DNA of 64,000 bases from positions 256,001 through 320,000 of the forward strand of contig CAXXTU010000002.1 in assembly GCA_963662655.2 (NCBI GenBank), given 5' to 3'. Below the pieces are notes generated by a model. It saw nothing but the letters and a program-made list of their open reading frames with translations. It searched no databases and was not told the origin of the DNA. Within the stretch, counting starts at the first letter, position 1; each line of letters begins with the position of its first letter. The DNA comes from Candidatus Cloacimonadales bacterium. GTDB lineage: Bacteria; Cloacimonadota; Cloacimonadia; Cloacimonadales; JAIOQZ01. Positions 1 to 9,447 of the stretch are shown piece by piece. A program made the position numbers and the translations under genes.

Positions 1-1236
1 GTCGGGGATGCCGTAGGTGTGATACCCGTTCAGATCGCACTCCCCGATGATGGTGTCGAGAATGTCTCCGCCCCAGGTCAACGGATCGTTGTACATGTTC
101 TCACCCACCAGGAGAGGTCTGTTCAGCTCGCTTTCGACCGGCTCCGTCTGGTACATGAGAATCTTGTTCATCATGGCGTTGAACTCGTCCTGCTCGTCGA
201 ACGGCATGCGACCCACCGCCACGTCCGGCAGGAGATCGTCTTCGCCAATCTCGCCCCATAGGTCGTCGTTATCGTCGTTCCATGTGCCGTCCAACGCGGA
301 ATAGTACAAATCCGACGGGATGTCGTCGCTCTCGACGAGATCGCTCGACTGCACCTGACAGAAGAATCCGCGATACTGAATGATATCGACGTCGCCGCCC
401 AGCAGGACGTACTGGATATCGTGGTTGGTGTATTCCTGAATGATGTAGTTGCGCAGTTTTTCCTGATCGTCCTGCCCCATCTGGCTACCGGTTGCCTCGT
501 CGATCGAGACGATTTCGCATCGGATGCCTCTCTTTCTGTAGAGCTCGGTGAGTTGACCGAAATCGTCCATATAGTCGTCGGAGGTCACGATCAGCATTTC
601 GTAGGTGTCGGTACGAAGGTCGTTCAAGTTATATCTGTATGCCATCTGGGGATTTTCCGCGATCTTACGGGCTTCCATGCGGGAATGCTCGCTTACGCTC
701 ACGGGAAGTCTTCCGGTCCGGGTATCCGCGCGGGTTTCGATCGATACACGGATGGTGCGATAGTAGCGGATGGAACCTTCCGCCGGTGTGTATTCCACCG
801 GCGTTACAGTGAGGCTGGCAAAGCTGTATCCGCGCCATGAATCGACGCGAACGTCGCTGCGGAATCTGCTCGGATATGCGGAGGAAGAACTGTAAACATC
901 GTTATCTCTGATGTATGCACTGTGTCCGGCTTCCGATATCGGGCGAACGTGCTGCATGGGGAACACCGCCCAGCTTCCTTCGAGGTCGATGGGATCCTCG
1001 CGGTAGACGCTAATTTTCGAAACCGTTTCCTGTGGTGGAAGAAGCAATCGTATCGCGCGGTAAGGCAAGCTCGGTTCGCCGGGCAAACCGCTCTGCATGG
1101 TGTTTTCAAATTCGATCAACGTTTCGCCGCGATGGTTTTTCAGCTCCGGCGATGTGAAGTGGATCGTGTGCTCGATGGTCTCCGCAAACAGCGTGAATGC
1201 CAGTATCAGTACGATTACAGTTATCGCGTATTTCAT
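1..1236 (-). CDS. C25 family (gingipain-like) cysteine peptidase with N-terminal propeptide; 3' part runs off the window
   Basis: Not in ORF track. Manual translation from ATG at 1236: MKYAITVIVLILAFTLFA signal peptide, GEPSLP propeptide motif, QYVLLGGDVD, PSDLYYS, PDVAVGRMP; open to position 1. Confidence 0.85.
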   Translation of the reverse strand, partial: MKYAITVIVLILAFTLFAETIEHTIHFTSPELKNHRGETLIEFENTMQSGLPGEPSLPYRAIRLLLPPQETVSKISVYREDPIDLEGSWAVFPMQHVRPISEAGHSAYIRDNDVYSSSSAYPSRFRSDVRVDSWRGYSFASLTVTPVEYTPAEGSIRYYRTIRVSIETRADTRTGRLPVSVSEHSRMEARKIAENPQMAYRYNLNDLRTDTYEMLIVTSDDYMDDFGQLTELYRKRGIRCEIVSIDEATGSQMGQDDQEKLRNYIIQEYTNHDIQYVLLGGDVDIIQYRGFFCQVQSSDLVESDDIPSDLYYSALDGTWNDDNDDLWGEIGEDDLLPDVAVGRMPFDEQDEFNAMMNKILMYQTEPVESELNRPLLVGENMYNDPLTWGGDILDTIIGECDLNGYHTYGIPD

Positions 1237-1284
1237 GAATCCCCCAACTCTCTTTCTTTCTAAAACATATCCCCAGGAAAAATC

Positions 1285-1314
1285 TTGAACAGCGGAATTT
1301 CTTCCGCTGTTCAA
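1285..1314. terminator. 13-bp stem-loop between the C10 and C25 peptidase genes
   Basis: ttgaacagcggaa-tttc-ttccgctgttcaa perfect inverted repeat. Confidence 0.6.
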
Positions 1315-1354
1315 TCTATAAGGCAATTTTTGATCCGAAAAGATTTGTTCAGTG

Positions 1355-3130
1355 CTATTTAATCAACAGCGTTTTATGCGTTACGGTGGCATTGTCCGTT
1401 TTCAGGCGCATGAAATAAACACCGGACGCCACGGTGTTCAAGTTCGAGTCCCTACCGTTCCAAACGACGCTGTGCGGTCCGCTTCCAAGAGTCTCTCGAA
1501 GTAGCGTGCGCACTTTTCTGCCGCGGATATCGAACACATCCAGCTCAACCCGCGATCGAGCGTTCAGCGAGAACCGTACGGTCGTTTCCGGATTGAACGG
1601 ATTGGGGTAGCTGGTCAGGTTCAGGTTCGGTGACTGGACGCCGGTGTCGCCATTGGCGTAGTTGATATCGAGATCGATATCGTTGCCGTAACCATCCGTA
1701 ATCGCGTGGATGTTGAAGCAATCGACCATTCGCCATTGCTCGAAGTACCAGTTGATGTGAAGGGTGCAAGCCACCGTTGCCGCTGATTCGATCTGTATCG
1801 GCAGATCCGGAAGAATCGAGTATCCGTTGGCGTCCCCGATCTCGTTGGAATAATCACCCCAGACGATGATGTCCTCGATTGTGATAGGCTCGTTCGAGAT
1901 GTTCATGATCTGGAATTCGATGTCGTTATCCATGTACGCCGTAATCGGAATCCATTCAGGGAACATCGTGTACGTTGTGGTTCGCTGCACATCGACTATC
2001 GCGCCTTCCACGACGGTGAGATTGTATGGGATGTTCTCGAACAGCACATACCATCCGTTGGAGGTTCCGCCCCACCCGAAGTTCAGGTGATAATAGTCGT
2101 CCGTGTTGTAGCCGTCAACAACGATATGATGCCCCGCGTCCCATGCCGGAGTAACCAGAGCCAGCTCGACGGGGATCGCGTTCATGATATTGCCGGAAAT
2201 GCGTTCGAAGAGGTCGGGCGCGTCGTTGTCGAGACAACTGAAACCCTCGAAACCGAAGCGCGTGTAGGCATCGACGGATTGGTCGACGCCGAAGGTCCCT
2301 GAACCGCTTGATGAATACACTTGTCTCGCGGCAACACCGCAGGCAAAAACGAGCGCTGCGATATCATCGTTGTTGGGAATAATCGCATAGCGATACTTGT
2401 GTTGGAGCGTATCGAGACAGGTGTTCAGTTCCGGGAAGGACGGGAATCCGTTTTCTTCCCAGTCGTCGTCGATCCAGTAAGTTCGTCCGCCGTAGTTGTG
2501 GTAGTAATCGTCGTCGTCGTTAAGCTGAGTGCCATTGGTTGTTTGATGGTAGTTCAGTACCTGTGCCATGGCGACAGCCGGGCATCCGGCGATGCTGCGA
2601 TTCCCGCTGTTGGGGTCCATCGGGCACATTGCGTTGTAGGGGTAGGATTGTGTCCACAGGGTTTCGATCCAGCCATCTGTTTCAGTCGTGCCGTCCGGAG
2701 GCCATTGCTCTGGACGGTCGCGGAGCGTTCCCGCGAGCAGGTTGTCCCAGCGGGATTGGTGCATGGTACGGCTCTGCTGCGAGTAGTTCTGCAGCCTGTC
2801 TTTAAGATCGGTGGCGATCAGCTCGTCCAGGAGATTGGTTCCATCCGGGAGAATCGTCTCGTACTCGCTCGTGAAAGAATAGGCCAGGACAGGGGGGAGG
2901 TCTGTGTCGGCAGATACGACAATGTATCCCGTCGGATGCAAGCCGTAAACGTAAGCGAGAGGTCCCTCGGCTACCAGGATGGTGTGGTCGAATTCAAGAG
3001 AATTGTCGTATCGATCGTTGAGTGTCAGGAAACTCCCGGCGATAGCGTCGGCTGTCTCGACCGTCTCGGGGATTGCAAACATCTGAATCATTACAAAAGC
3101 AGCTATGAACAAAGAAATCCATCTTCTCAT
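1355..3130 (-). CDS. C10 family (streptopain-like) peptidase with prodomain and FlgD-Ig/T9SS-type C-terminal domain
   Basis: Signal peptide; GYIVVSAD prodomain; WTQSYPYN, AGCPAVAMAQ (Cys), GHHIVVDGY (His), NFGWGG; C-terminal YPNPFNPET...SGVYF. Confidence 0.9.
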   Translation of the reverse strand: MRRWISLFIAAFVMIQMFAIPETVETADAIAGSFLTLNDRYDNSLEFDHTILVAEGPLAYVYGLHPTGYIVVSADTDLPPVLAYSFTSEYETILPDGTNLLDELIATDLKDRLQNYSQQSRTMHQSRWDNLLAGTLRDRPEQWPPDGTTETDGWIETLWTQSYPYNAMCPMDPNSGNRSIAGCPAVAMAQVLNYHQTTNGTQLNDDDDYYHNYGGRTYWIDDDWEENGFPSFPELNTCLDTLQHKYRYAIIPNNDDIAALVFACGVAARQVYSSSGSGTFGVDQSVDAYTRFGFEGFSCLDNDAPDLFERISGNIMNAIPVELALVTPAWDAGHHIVVDGYNTDDYYHLNFGWGGTSNGWYVLFENIPYNLTVVEGAIVDVQRTTTYTMFPEWIPITAYMDNDIEFQIMNISNEPITIEDIIVWGDYSNEIGDANGYSILPDLPIQIESAATVACTLHINWYFEQWRMVDCFNIHAITDGYGNDIDLDINYANGDTGVQSPNLNLTSYPNPFNPETTVRFSLNARSRVELDVFDIRGRKVRTLLRETLGSGPHSVVWNGRDSNLNTVASGVYFMRLKTDNATVTHKTLLIK

Positions 3131-3167
3131 ACTTCCTCCAAATCATGCGGACATGATCAATTAGCGT

Positions 3168-3611
3168 TTATTCGATAATCTTGAACATATATTGAAACAG
3201 CATCACAACCACCACATTCGCCATGATGGATGTGATGATGAGAAAGAAACCGAGTCCGGCGATGAGCTTGCCTTTGGTCACAGCGGTGTCATCGAGTTGG
3301 ACGGGCGTGTCTCGTATCACCTTCACGCCGTTGGGCGGGAATCTGCGTTCGTTTTGAGCCCGTTTCCCGATCCGGATGAACCATATCCCGAAAACGATGA
3401 AACCCAGCAGGAAGGCGACCATGCATGCTTCCATGATCAACAGGCTGTTGCGGAGCTCCGCAATGCGATTTCCCTCTACAAGCTTCTCCAGGTAATTCTG
3501 AAACCAGGGTAAACCCCAAAAAACGATGCCAGCAAGGATCAGGATCGTTACGGCTGCGATACCGATCAGTAGGTTCCTGCGTCCTTTATCAGCCTTGATG
3601 ATTTCCGTCAT
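3168..3611 (-). CDS. Hypothetical membrane protein (about 3 TM)
   Basis: 147-aa ORF with hydrophobic segments and RFPPNG motif; start overlaps the upstream stop. Confidence 0.7.
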   Translation of the reverse strand: MTEIIKADKGRRNLLIGIAAVTILILAGIVFWGLPWFQNYLEKLVEGNRIAELRNSLLIMEACMVAFLLGFIVFGIWFIRIGKRAQNERRFPPNGVKVIRDTPVQLDDTAVTKGKLIAGLGFFLIITSIMANVVVVMLFQYMFKIIE

Positions 3612-4816
3612 TAGTTTCCTCCATCTTCGGATAGGTTGCCGTTGTTCAGTGTAATTTTCAATGTTTTTGTCATACGAGAGACCGTAGGATCCTCATCCGA
3701 TGCGATCAGAACAACATTTTCTGGAAGTTCCGGGAGCTCGACATCGCCGTTCTCGATCAATATCTCGACCCGATCGAGTGATTCCCAAGGGATGTCTGCG
3801 TGAACGAGGTTGTGGTACTCGGTAAAAAATCCCTTCCGGTAGATTTCGAAGACGGTCGTTTCCGGAGCGTCCTGGTTGGTTCGATTGCGTACCTTGCTTC
3901 CCGGGAAGCCGAATCCATTGGCCTCCCACTCGATCTTGAAGGTGTCGCCATTTTCCAGAATGAGGTCGCCGTCGTCGATGACAATCCGAAGACTGCGTCC
4001 AAGCGTTTCTGGTGCGATCGAAACAGACTTGTGCTTGTAATAGGGCGATCCCAGGAGAAACGCCGCGATTGCGATCAGTACAACCGGTATGCCGATCCCG
4101 ATGGCAAGCTTTTTGTGCTGAATGTGCTGCGTCCGGGGGACGTATAGGAGGCTTCTATCCAGCTTGAGCCATCGATAGACAGCCAGGGATACCAGGTAGA
4201 CCATTCCGCCGGCCCAAAGCACATCGCTGGCGAAGTGACCTCCCTGCTTCATCCGGGCATAGCCGATCAGGATTCCCATGATTAAGCCGAGAAGAAGCGA
4301 TAGCAGCGCGAACCAGCGCTTGGCCTTGCGCAGTATAAAGAACGGCGTGAAGAGGTAGAAGCCCATGGTCGCGTGGCCGCAGGGAAACGACTTCCCCTGC
4401 CCGGCGATTCCGGTTTCCCACGGCTGCATGAATTTTCCTTCTCCACCAAGTTCCACAACGTGACGGGGCCGGTTTCTGCCCCAGTAGTTCTTGAATCCAA
4501 GGTTCACGATCAACCCCGGCCCGAGGAGCATCGCGAGAACGAAGAACAGCACGATCTTGCGCCAGGCAATGTATTTCGTGCTCAGAAAACCCATGAACAG
4601 AAGGATTAGCGAGCCCACAGAGAGCAGTAGCGCCGGAATATTACCATAGTGATATAGAAATTTCCACGGCTGCGCGTCCCCTGCTTCCCATCCTGTTTCC
4701 TGAGAATAGAACATTCGCTCCAGCTTCATGTCCAGATTCATATTGGCGATAATCACAGTGCCGGCTACCAGAAGTAGCAGTAATCCTGAAATTTCGAGAA
4801 GTAACGCTTTGCTCAT
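3611..4816 (-). CDS. PAP2 family membrane phosphatase with C-terminal soluble domain
   Basis: KNYWGRNRP, SFPCGH, ARMKQGGHFASD motifs; probable start MSKALL at 4816 after GGAG. Confidence 0.85.
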   Translation of the reverse strand: MSKALLLEISGLLLLLVAGTVIIANMNLDMKLERMFYSQETGWEAGDAQPWKFLYHYGNIPALLLSVGSLILLFMGFLSTKYIAWRKIVLFFVLAMLLGPGLIVNLGFKNYWGRNRPRHVVELGGEGKFMQPWETGIAGQGKSFPCGHATMGFYLFTPFFILRKAKRWFALLSLLLGLIMGILIGYARMKQGGHFASDVLWAGGMVYLVSLAVYRWLKLDRSLLYVPRTQHIQHKKLAIGIGIPVVLIAIAAFLLGSPYYKHKSVSIAPETLGRSLRIVIDDGDLILENGDTFKIEWEANGFGFPGSKVRNRTNQDAPETTVFEIYRKGFFTEYHNLVHADIPWESLDRVEILIENGDVELPELPENVVLIASDEDPTVSRMTKTLKITLNNGNLSEDGGN

Positions 4817-5022
4817 CCCAACTCCATAAAAGTGAACTAATTTCATGTATTTTCATCTTTGAAGGTTTGTCAAGAGAGATTATGCCGGTGGAGTGTCGCA
4901 GGGAGAGAGATTCTTCTCCGCACACTTATTTCAAGATCATTATGCTCATGGAATTGTTAGCGAATGAATAATTGCTTGACATTACACACAATTATGAAGA
5001 AAAAATGAGAAATGGAGGATTT

Positions 5023-5646
5023 ATGAAGTATATTATTTTGTTGCTTGCTGTTGCTACGCTTTTCTCAGTCATCGGGTGCACGCCGAGTTATATTGTGCCC
5101 ACGGGAACCCCTGTCTATCTCGCGCATAACATGTGGTACAGATCGAATAAATTTGTCGAGGCAATCAACTTCAAGGGAATGCCTAACTTCATACCGGCCG
5201 GAACGCAGGTGATGCAAGTCAATGTCCGGTCGGATCGGGAAAACAACTACATCTATTTCAGGCTTGCAGAGCCTCCGCAGACCTATTTCCGTTTGTTCAT
5301 CAATGCCCGGTATCAAACGAACGGACATGACGAACTTACCCTGCAAGAACTCCACAACAGGATGTTTACGGAGAAGACGTTTGATCAGCTAACGGCGGGA
5401 TTTTCCAGCGATGAAATCGAGAACATCAGAAACGGAACCATTCAGCAGGGGATGTCGAAAGAAGCCGTTCTGGTTTCCTGGGGTTATCCTCCGCTTCATC
5501 AAACGCCGTCGATCGAGAGCGATCAGTGGTTTTACTGGAAAATGAGGCCGATCAAAACACTCTGTCAGTTCAGCAAGGACGGAACGCTCGTGGGGGCAAC
5601 CTGGTACGGAAATGGCGGGAATCCCTTCGAGAGGATATCGGAGTAA
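5023..5646 (+). CDS. Lipoprotein, paralog 1 (C-terminal SmpA/OmlA-like motif)
   Basis: GGAGG RBS, lipobox VIGC, YLAHNMWY, GMSKEAVLVSWGYPP. Confidence 0.8.
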   Translation: MKYIILLLAVATLFSVIGCTPSYIVPTGTPVYLAHNMWYRSNKFVEAINFKGMPNFIPAGTQVMQVNVRSDRENNYIYFRLAEPPQTYFRLFINARYQTNGHDELTLQELHNRMFTEKTFDQLTAGFSSDEIENIRNGTIQQGMSKEAVLVSWGYPPLHQTPSIESDQWFYWKMRPIKTLCQFSKDGTLVGATWYGNGGNPFERISE

Positions 5647-5668
5647 TTCAACAACAAACGAAAGGAAG

Positions 5669-5905
5669 ATGATTTTGAAGCGATTCATTCAATGTGTTAC
5701 AATTATTGCTATGGCTGTGATTCTTCTAAGTTGTGCAGTGAGTTCGAAGCCGGGATTCGTGATGCCGCAAGGGCAGCTTTAGCTCGCGCATAACCTTTGG
5801 TTGAACGACCCCGGGAAGATCGAGGCGATCAATATTCATCGAACCAAGATTCCACAGAAAAATGGGGGTATTCCTGGTAATGGTGTCAATGTCTTGACAT
5901 CTTAG
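5669..5905 (+). pseudogene. Truncated fourth copy of the same lipoprotein family
   Basis: AAGGAAG RBS, ATG 5669, lipobox LLSC, then QL*LAHNLW...KIEAIN with TAG at 5780-5782 where paralogs have YLAHN.W...EAIN; homology lost afterwards. Confidence 0.8.
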
Positions 5906-5938
5906 CGAATTCAAACGCATCATGGCTTCATGGGGGCG

Positions 5939-6577
5939 ATGATGAAAGTACATCGTTTTATCCTTTTCGTATTGGCCAGCATTGCTTTGGGAAGCTGTGC
6001 TTCCTCAAAATCTACGTTTTCCGACGAACCTTTGTATCTTGCGCATAATTTGTGGTATGAAGTTCCAACATATCTGCATTCCACGATTCCACTGGAAGCT
6101 ATAAACTACAAGGATCTTAACTCGATGATTCCCGCCGGAACCGAAATACGGGATGTCGAGGTGACGTCGCGGTCGGTACGATTTAAAATACCAGGCAACG
6201 AGGCGATATTCGAAATCACCATCAATCCTCACTACCAGTCGAGAATATCGAGAAACGGCAGGATTACTCTATCCGCCGAAGAACTTACAAAGCGCACTGT
6301 CACTACCAAAACCTTTGCTGAACTGACTTCCGGATTGAAGCCCGTTGAGATCGAGAACATCCGGAACGGTACAATCCAGAAGGGAATGTCGAAACAAGCC
6401 GTTCTGGTTTCCTGGGGTTATCCTCCTTTTCACAGGACAGAGAGCGTTGAGAACTCCTCCTGGAGTTATTGGAGATACAAGCTGGGACGAGTGAGAGTTG
6501 AATTCAACGAGGATGGATTGGTTCAATATGCTACCTGGTATGGAAAGAACGGTAACGAAATTGATATTATTCCCTGA
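5939..6577 (+). CDS. Lipoprotein, paralog 2
   Basis: Lipobox LGSC, LYLAHNLWY, IPAGT, GMSKQAVLVSWGYPP; exact start uncertain (5930/5939/5942). Confidence 0.8.
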   Translation: MMKVHRFILFVLASIALGSCASSKSTFSDEPLYLAHNLWYEVPTYLHSTIPLEAINYKDLNSMIPAGTEIRDVEVTSRSVRFKIPGNEAIFEITINPHYQSRISRNGRITLSAEELTKRTVTTKTFAELTSGLKPVEIENIRNGTIQKGMSKQAVLVSWGYPPFHRTESVENSSWSYWRYKLGRVRVEFNEDGLVQYATWYGKNGNEIDIIP

Positions 6578-6590
6578 TATGGAGGATACA

Positions 6591-7205
6591 ATGAAACAAA
6601 TTCCGATTGTCTTTTTAATTGTAACGATTGGGTTGATTTTGGGTAGCTGTGCTTCGCAAACGATTACGATCCGTCATAAACCCTTGTATCTCGCTCAAAA
6701 CATCTGGTACGAAGATCCCACCGAGATCGAATCGATCAATTTCATCGGACTGTCGAATAAGATTCCGGCGGGTACACTAATCGAAAAAGCATGGGTATCC
6801 ACTCTTGATGATAACGAAGGAATTGGATTTTACCTTGTGGGGAGCGGCAAGCGATACCGCATGTGCAAGAAGATTGACTCCTGGCACTGGGTCGACTATC
6901 AATCGAACTCCGGAAATACGATTACGCCGGAGCAATTGCTCGAAAGGACATTTACGACAAAACCTTTTGAGGAGATGACTGCTGGAATGACGCCCGAAGA
7001 GATCGACAACATCAAGAAGGGCAGCGTTACGATTGGAATGTCGAAAGAGGCTGTTCTGATATCCTGGGGCTACCCTCCTTTGCATTTCACGCCAAGCCTG
7101 GATTTGCCGGTGTGGCGTTACTGGTTCTTGAGAAAGCAACCTATCGTTGTGGAATTCGACGCGGAAGGCAAGGTGATGAGTTCGAATTGGTCAGAGGATG
7201 AATAG
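6591..7205 (+). CDS. Lipoprotein, paralog 3
   Basis: GGAGG RBS, lipobox LGSC, LYLAQNIWY, IPAGT, GMSKEAVLISWGYPP. Confidence 0.8.
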   Translation: MKQIPIVFLIVTIGLILGSCASQTITIRHKPLYLAQNIWYEDPTEIESINFIGLSNKIPAGTLIEKAWVSTLDDNEGIGFYLVGSGKRYRMCKKIDSWHWVDYQSNSGNTITPEQLLERTFTTKPFEEMTAGMTPEEIDNIKKGSVTIGMSKEAVLISWGYPPLHFTPSLDLPVWRYWFLRKQPIVVEFDAEGKVMSSNWSEDE

Positions 7206-7219
7206 TGAGCTATAAATGG

Positions 7220-7247
7220 AAAAAGCCGACATTGCTGTCGGCTTTTT
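7220..7247. terminator. Bidirectional rho-independent terminator, near-identical to 8177-8204
   Basis: aaaaagccgacattgctgtcggcttttt between convergent genes. Confidence 0.8.
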
Positions 7248-7281
7248 ATATCTGGATGCAAAGCGAAGTCGCAACCAATTG

Positions 7282-8034
7282 TTACTCGGTGAACCTCGTA
7301 AGCGTTACCGAGCAAACCTCATGATCATAGACAATATCGCCTTCTTCCCATTCGTCCTCAACGGGGAGCGTATCCTTGATCAGGTCTACGTAATCGTCCG
7401 AATCCGCCTTCAGGAAAGAACCGATTTTGCCGAGGAGCTTGAGCGCGCCTTCCAGTATGCTTGAGATCAGGGTGGTGGTTCCCTTGGTGACGGTGCCGCT
7501 CATTGTCAGCAGCATGCTCAAGTCGCTTTGCTTGTACTCCGTTGCCAACTTCTCGATGGTTTCGGAAATCTTCCGACGATCCTTGTCCGATTCGAGAAGG
7601 AAGATGTTGTACGCCAGGCCAGCCGTAACTTCTCGCGGAGGAAATATAACGAGCGGTTTTCCGTCGAAATCATACGTCTGATTGACTTTGATAGGAAGGA
7701 TGAACGAGTCGGGCGAAGTATCGATACTTGGGTAAATACTGGGAGGATTCTTGCTGAGGTCCCAGCAGAACGAAACGATGTAAATTTCATTCTTTTTATC
7801 GAATACATTGCCGAGAATGCCCTCGAAACCTTTGTTCAATCTGATGGACTTGATTCTCAAGCCACGCTTCTCTTTCGAAACGACTCCTTCGAGAGGAATG
7901 GGCTGAGCCTTGCGAATTGCTTGCTCAAACTCACCGATGGTTTTGAAATTACCAAGAACAGGAAATTGCTTTCTGATTTCATCGGAGACAATGACGGTAA
8001 ACAGATCGGTAGAACCCTTTGAGATAAGAGACAT
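7282..8034 (-). CDS. Hypothetical protein (250 aa), cargo of the tRNA-Leu islet
   Basis: AAAGGAGG RBS, TTGACA upstream; no recognised motif. Confidence 0.75.
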   Translation of the reverse strand: MSLISKGSTDLFTVIVSDEIRKQFPVLGNFKTIGEFEQAIRKAQPIPLEGVVSKEKRGLRIKSIRLNKGFEGILGNVFDKKNEIYIVSFCWDLSKNPPSIYPSIDTSPDSFILPIKVNQTYDFDGKPLVIFPPREVTAGLAYNIFLLESDKDRRKISETIEKLATEYKQSDLSMLLTMSGTVTKGTTTLISSILEGALKLLGKIGSFLKADSDDYVDLIKDTLPVEDEWEEGDIVYDHEVCSVTLTRFTE

Positions 8035-8174
8035 AACAACCTCCTTTGGTTATACCGAATCGAGATATATTTATTAGCGGTTGTCAAGAAGATATAATAT
8101 AATTGTTAAGTTGACGCAGGTTAAGCAAGCGCTAAACAAAGTAACAACAAGCTCTCCGCAGAGCCTGCGAGTAT

Positions 8175-8204
8175 AAAAAAAGCCGACATCGCTGTCGGCT
8201 TTTT
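8175..8204 (-). terminator. Terminator downstream of tRNA-Leu
   Basis: aaaaaaagccgacatcgctgtcggcttttt. Confidence 0.8.
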
Positions 8205-8210
8205 CAATAT

Positions 8211-8298
8211 TGGTGCAGAAGGCGGGACTCGAACCCGCACACCCGATGTGGGCACAAGATCCTTAGTCTTGCGTGTCTGCCAATTCCACCACTTCTGC
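8211..8298 (-). tRNA. tRNA-Leu, anticodon AAG
   Basis: GCAGAAG acceptor stem, GGAATTGGCAGAC D arm, anticodon arm CAAGA-CTAAGGA-TCTTG, long variable arm, GGTTCGAGTCC, ends ACCA. Confidence 0.92.
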
Positions 8299-8327
8299 GC
8301 TTCTATATTATCGTATAAAGATCGGTT

Positions 8328-8765
8328 TTATTCGCCTTTGGCTTTCTCGAGCGGTTGTGCTTCTTTCGAAGTTTGCGGCTGAGCTTTTACGTCGTCGGCT
8401 TTCTGCTTCACTTCGATCTGCATGGGCTCGGTTACAGGAACTTCCGTCGTGGTAGCGTCTGTAGCTTCACCTTCGGCAGCCTCTTCCTGAATCATTTCCA
8501 ACGCTGGAGTGTCAGGTGTTGTCTTGCCTGTTCGGTGCTGGTTGTTCACGAGCACGGCCATGAGAATGGAAGTCAGCATGAATGCGCCAGCGAAGATGCG
8601 TGTGAGCTTCTTCATGAAAGAAGTTGCGCCCTGGCTTCCCAGCATGTTCATGGCGGTTCCGCCGACGAGTCCGTCGATCGCTCCACCCTTGCTTGACTGG
8701 CTCAAGATGATCAGAATCAACGCGAAACTGATCAATACATGTATTACTAATAAAACATAAAACAT
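8328..8765 (-). CDS. secG: Preprotein translocase subunit SecG
   Basis: Two TM, ILSQSSKGG motif, followed by tRNA-Leu as in the known secG-leuU arrangement. Confidence 0.92.
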   Translation of the reverse strand: MFYVLLVIHVLISFALILIILSQSSKGGAIDGLVGGTAMNMLGSQGATSFMKKLTRIFAGAFMLTSILMAVLVNNQHRTGKTTPDTPALEMIQEEAAEGEATDATTTEVPVTEPMQIEVKQKADDVKAQPQTSKEAQPLEKAKGE

Positions 8766-9017
8766 CTTATAAACTCCAAGTTCACAATATCCGTAAGATC
8801 GAGAGCCACAATCAACACATGCGTTTTGGATGTCAATCTAATTTTTCGGAATTCTCAACTCATCAGTGGCGAGAAACGCATAACATATTGATAAAATAGT
8901 TAGATTGGTTGGCCTGCTAAATTGCCATCGATAATCAATCGGCTTCATGAAAGCATTTCTCTGGCTTGTGAGAAAAGAAAACAGAAAAAGCTTGACACCA
9001 ATAAAGTGCGGCGACAG

Positions 9018-9036
9018 TATAGCATTATATGATATA
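9018..9036. promoter_or_regulatory. Putative PadR operator (imperfect palindrome) downstream of TTGACA at 8992-8997
   Basis: tatagcat-tat-atgatata, 7/8 match, just upstream of the padR RBS. Confidence 0.4.
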
Positions 9037-9051
9037 GCAAGAGGTGATGTA

Positions 9052-9429
9052 ATGGGACTTGATAAGAATGTTCAGAAAACAATCTCGATCTGGAAAAGAG
9101 AGTACAAGAAAGGGCTTACCTCATACATGATTCTGCTTCTACTCAGGAATGAAAGGTTGTATGGGTACCAGCTGTGCAGTCAGCTAACGGAGTTAATGGA
9201 TGAGAAAATTGTTTTCAAGGAGAACGCAATCTATGGCATCCTGAAACAAATGACAAAAAGAGAATTCGTCTCGTTCGAATGGCAGGATTCAACAAAGGGT
9301 CCAAAACGCAAATACTACAATATCACAGCAACCGGACTCCAATTGATTGATCTTTTCACAAAGGAATATGTGAATCCCATGTTAAAGGGACTGAGTTCGC
9401 TTGTTCAAGAGAAAGCAAATAAAACATAG
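9052..9429 (+). CDS. PadR family transcriptional regulator
   Basis: KKG..ILLLL..YGY, IYGIL, GPKRKYYNIT..G; GAGGTG RBS. Confidence 0.9.
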   Translation: MGLDKNVQKTISIWKREYKKGLTSYMILLLLRNERLYGYQLCSQLTELMDEKIVFKENAIYGILKQMTKREFVSFEWQDSTKGPKRKYYNITATGLQLIDLFTKEYVNPMLKGLSSLVQEKANKT

Positions 9430-9447
9430 GCTCGAAACGGAGGGAAA

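Noticed and set aside
19..1288. Plus-strand ORFs at the window start
   Set aside because: Antisense to the C25 peptidase on the minus strand
5780..5782. Stop-codon recoding (pyrrolysine or reassignment)
   Set aside because: TAG, TAA and TGA all end intact genes here; the interrupted genes carry other lesions
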